Source of the DNA: Solirubrobacteraceae bacterium
GTDB taxonomy: Bacteria > Actinomycetota > Thermoleophilia > Solirubrobacterales > Solirubrobacteraceae
DNA length: 64,000 nucleotides
Assembly (NCBI GenBank): GCA_035536715.1
Contig: DATLNO010000077.1
Span: 9,221-73,220 of the forward strand
Reading direction: 5' to 3'
Of this stretch, positions 61,882-64,000 are shown piece by piece. Position 1 is the stretch's first letter. Each line of letters begins with the position of its first letter. Below the pieces are notes generated by a model. The model saw only the letters and a list, made by a program, of their open reading frames with translations, did not search any database and was not told the origin of the DNA. A program made the position numbers and the translations under genes.

Positions 61882-62909
61882 TACGCCAACAAGGCCAGGA
61901 CCGACGCGGTCGTCGGCGGCGATGCGATCCCGCGCTCGGTGACGAGCGCCGTCACGAGCTCGGCGGGCGTCACGTCGAAGGCCGGATTGCGACACGGAGT
62001 GTCGGCGCCGGTCAGCAGCGCGCCGCCGGCATGGCGGACCTCGTCGGCTGAACGCTCCTCGATGACGATTTCGTCGCCGCTGGCGATCGAGGCATCGATC
62101 GTCGAGGTCGGCCCGGCGACGATGAAGGGGATCCCGGCCGCGCGCGCGGCGAGCGCGTGGGCGTACGTGCCGACCTTGTTGGCCGTATCGCCGTTGGCGG
62201 CGACGCGGTCACAGCCGACGATCACCGCGTCGACCTCGCCGCGGCGCATGAGCCCGGCGGCGGCGCCGTCTACGAGCAGCTCGTGCGAGATACCCGCGCG
62301 TTGGAGCTCCCAGATCGTCAGCCGCGCGCCCTGAAGCAGCGGCCGCGTCTCGCAGGCGAGGACGGTGACGTCCTTTTCGCGCGCGGCGAGCTCGATCGCG
62401 ACCGCAAGCGCCGAGCCCGTGCCGCCGCACGCAAGCGCGCCGGTGTTGCAGTGCGTGAGGATCCGCCGCGAGCCGGCGAGCAGGTCCGCGCCCGCGAGCG
62501 CGATCGCGAGGCTCGCGGCGTCCTCGCCCGCATGGATCGCCTCGGCCTCGGCGCGCGCCGCAGCGGCGCGCTGCTCGGGCGCGACCGCGAGCGCGGCGGC
62601 CTGCACGCGGTCGACGGCCCAGGCGAGGTTGACCGCCGTCGGCCGTGCCTCTCGCAGGACGGCGGCGGCGTCGCGGACCTCGTCGTCGCCCGGCGCCTGC
62701 GCGATCGCCATCGTCAGCCCGTAGGCCGCGGCGATGCCGATGTTCGGCGCGCCGCGCACCGCCAGCCGAGCGATCGCCTCGGCGGTGTCGGCGGCGCCTT
62801 GCAGCCCGATCCAGGCCTCCTCGCCGGGCAGCAGCGTCTGGTCGAGCAGGCGCAGGACGCCGCCGTCCCAGGCGAGCGCGAGCGTCGCGGTCGTTGTGTC
62901 GGGTGCCAT
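61881..62909 (-). CDS. mtnA: S-methyl-5-thioribose-1-phosphate isomerase
   Basis: LRLLDQTLLPGEE, VRGAPNIGIAAAYG, THCNTGALA and VGCDRVAANGDTANKVGTY (eIF-2B/MtnA family). Confidence 0.85.
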   Translation of the reverse strand: MAPDTTTATLALAWDGGVLRLLDQTLLPGEEAWIGLQGAADTAEAIARLAVRGAPNIGIAAAYGLTMAIAQAPGDDEVRDAAAVLREARPTAVNLAWAVDRVQAAALAVAPEQRAAAARAEAEAIHAGEDAASLAIALAGADLLAGSRRILTHCNTGALACGGTGSALAVAIELAAREKDVTVLACETRPLLQGARLTIWELQRAGISHELLVDGAAAGLMRRGEVDAVIVGCDRVAANGDTANKVGTYAHALAARAAGIPFIVAGPTSTIDASIASGDEIVIEERSADEVRHAGGALLTGADTPCRNPAFDVTPAELVTALVTERGIASPPTTASVLALLA

Positions 62910-62959
62910 CGCGCCGATGCTAATGGTCGAGCCGGGGTGCGGCTGCTACCGTCGCCCCC

Positions 62960-64000
62960 TTGCGCCGCCTGCTCCTCGTCGCTCTCGCGGCCCTGCTCGT
63001 GGCACCGGCGCCCGCTCGAGCGGCCGATCCGATCATGCCGCTCGCCGACGTGCAGCCTGGCTTGCGCTGCACGGGCCTGAGCGTGGTGCGCGGCCTGGAC
63101 ATCGCATCGTTCGACGCCGAGGTCCTCGACGTCCTCGACCGCCGGCGCCCGAGCTCCGCGCGGATCATCGTCCGCGTGTCCGGCGGTGCGGTCGACGCGA
63201 CCGGCGTGGGCCCGGGCTTCTCGGGATCGCCGATCATCTGCACCGGCACCGACGGCGTCGCTCGCAACATCGGCGCGATCTCCGAGACGATCGGCGAGTT
63301 CGGCGGCCGCACGGTGCTTGCCACACCGATCGAGGCGATCCTCGCCCAGCCGGTGCTGCCGCCCGCGGCGACCCGCTCGTCGATCGCGCCCGGGCGCACG
63401 TCGATCATCGGCGCGCGCCGCCTGGCGGGACCGCTGACGATCGCCGGCCTGCGCTCCTCGCTGGCGCGTGGCTTCATCCGCGCAGCGCGCAAGGCGGGCC
63501 GCGTGCTGATCGCCTCGCCCGCCGGGACGCGCGCCGCGTTCCCGCCGCAGCCGCTCGTACCCGGCGCCGCGGTCTCCGTCGGCCTGACATCGGGCGACAT
63601 CTCGATCGGCGAGGCGGGCACCGTCGCCTACGCCGACGGCCTGAACGTCTGGCTGTACGGCCACCCGCTGGACGGCGCCGGCAGGCGTTCGCTGTTCCTG
63701 CAGGACGCCTACATCCACACCGTCGTCAACAACCCGGTCGCGGCGCCGGAGATCGCGACCTACAAGCTTGCGACGCCGGGCAACGACGTCGGCACGGTCA
63801 GCTCGGATGGCCCCTCCGCCGTCGTCGGCATGCTCGGCGCGCTGCCACCGAGCTTCCCCCTGCGCGTCACGGTGAAGGATCTCGACAGTGGCAAGGTGCG
63901 CAGCTCGCTCACGAACATCGCCGACGAGGGCGACGTCGGCCTACCGACCGGCGGCTCACCGCTCGGGCTCGCGGCCGCGGCCGCCGCCGCCGAGTCCGCC
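62960..64000 (+). CDS. secreted serine-peptidase-like protein (SpoIVB/S55-like?), 3' partial at the window edge
   Basis: Not in the ORF track because there is no stop before the window end. I translated by hand from TTG 62960: LRRLLLVALAALLVAPAPARA (signal), ...VDATGVGPGFSGSPIIC... (GxSGSP serine-protease-like motif). GC3 is high throughout. Confidence 0.45.
   Translation, partial: MRRLLLVALAALLVAPAPARAADPIMPLADVQPGLRCTGLSVVRGLDIASFDAEVLDVLDRRRPSSARIIVRVSGGAVDATGVGPGFSGSPIICTGTDGVARNIGAISETIGEFGGRTVLATPIEAILAQPVLPPAATRSSIAPGRTSIIGARRLAGPLTIAGLRSSLARGFIRAARKAGRVLIASPAGTRAAFPPQPLVPGAAVSVGLTSGDISIGEAGTVAYADGLNVWLYGHPLDGAGRRSLFLQDAYIHTVVNNPVAAPEIATYKLATPGNDVGTVSSDGPSAVVGMLGALPPSFPLRVTVKDLDSGKVRSSLTNIADEGDVGLPTGGSPLGLAAAAAAAESA

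Overview
Very GC-rich window (third codon positions almost all G/C) that looks like an Actinomycetota chromosome; the phylum call is inference only. It is gene-dense, and many long antisense ORFs in the track are high-GC artefacts. I saw no rRNA, tRNA, CRISPR array, transposase or integrase. Housekeeping and lipid genes: bioF-bioB, a membrane desaturase, glpK, a PlsC-type acyltransferase, several crotonases and SDRs, a family III CoA-transferase, DegV, mtnA and two Zn-ADHs. Five accessory blocks stand out. (1) 9.5-13.6 kb: a minus-strand operon with a membrane protein ending in a Gly/Cys-only tail, then a DUF692 enzyme, a small partner, a cupin and an MFS exporter. A divergent operon (13.7-16.1 kb) contains a heme-oxygenase-like protein. 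(2) 20.7-29.0 kb: a LAL-type LuxR regulator next to a dense copper-protein island with five amicyanin-type cupredoxin domains (in three proteins), a Tat three-domain multicopper oxidase and a SLAC-like two-domain laccase. (3) 29.0-31.7 kb and about 54 kb: three apparently decayed genes (acyl-CoA dehydrogenase, BKACE/DUF849, DUF2804). (4) 34.3-53.6 kb: an envelope-glycolipid-like cluster of GT2s, polytopic membrane proteins, methyltransferases and an SGNH hydrolase. It surrounds an EntD-type PPTase translationally coupled to a 2892-aa type I PKS with architecture AT-ACP-KS-AT(YASH)-DH-ER-KR-ACP. The PKS ends in a hexapeptide-repeat (left-handed beta-helix) acyltransferase domain where a thioesterase is usually found. 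I consider this the most novel feature. (5) 55.8-57.2 kb: a set of small membrane proteins. All family assignments come from motif recognition by eye; no searches were run.
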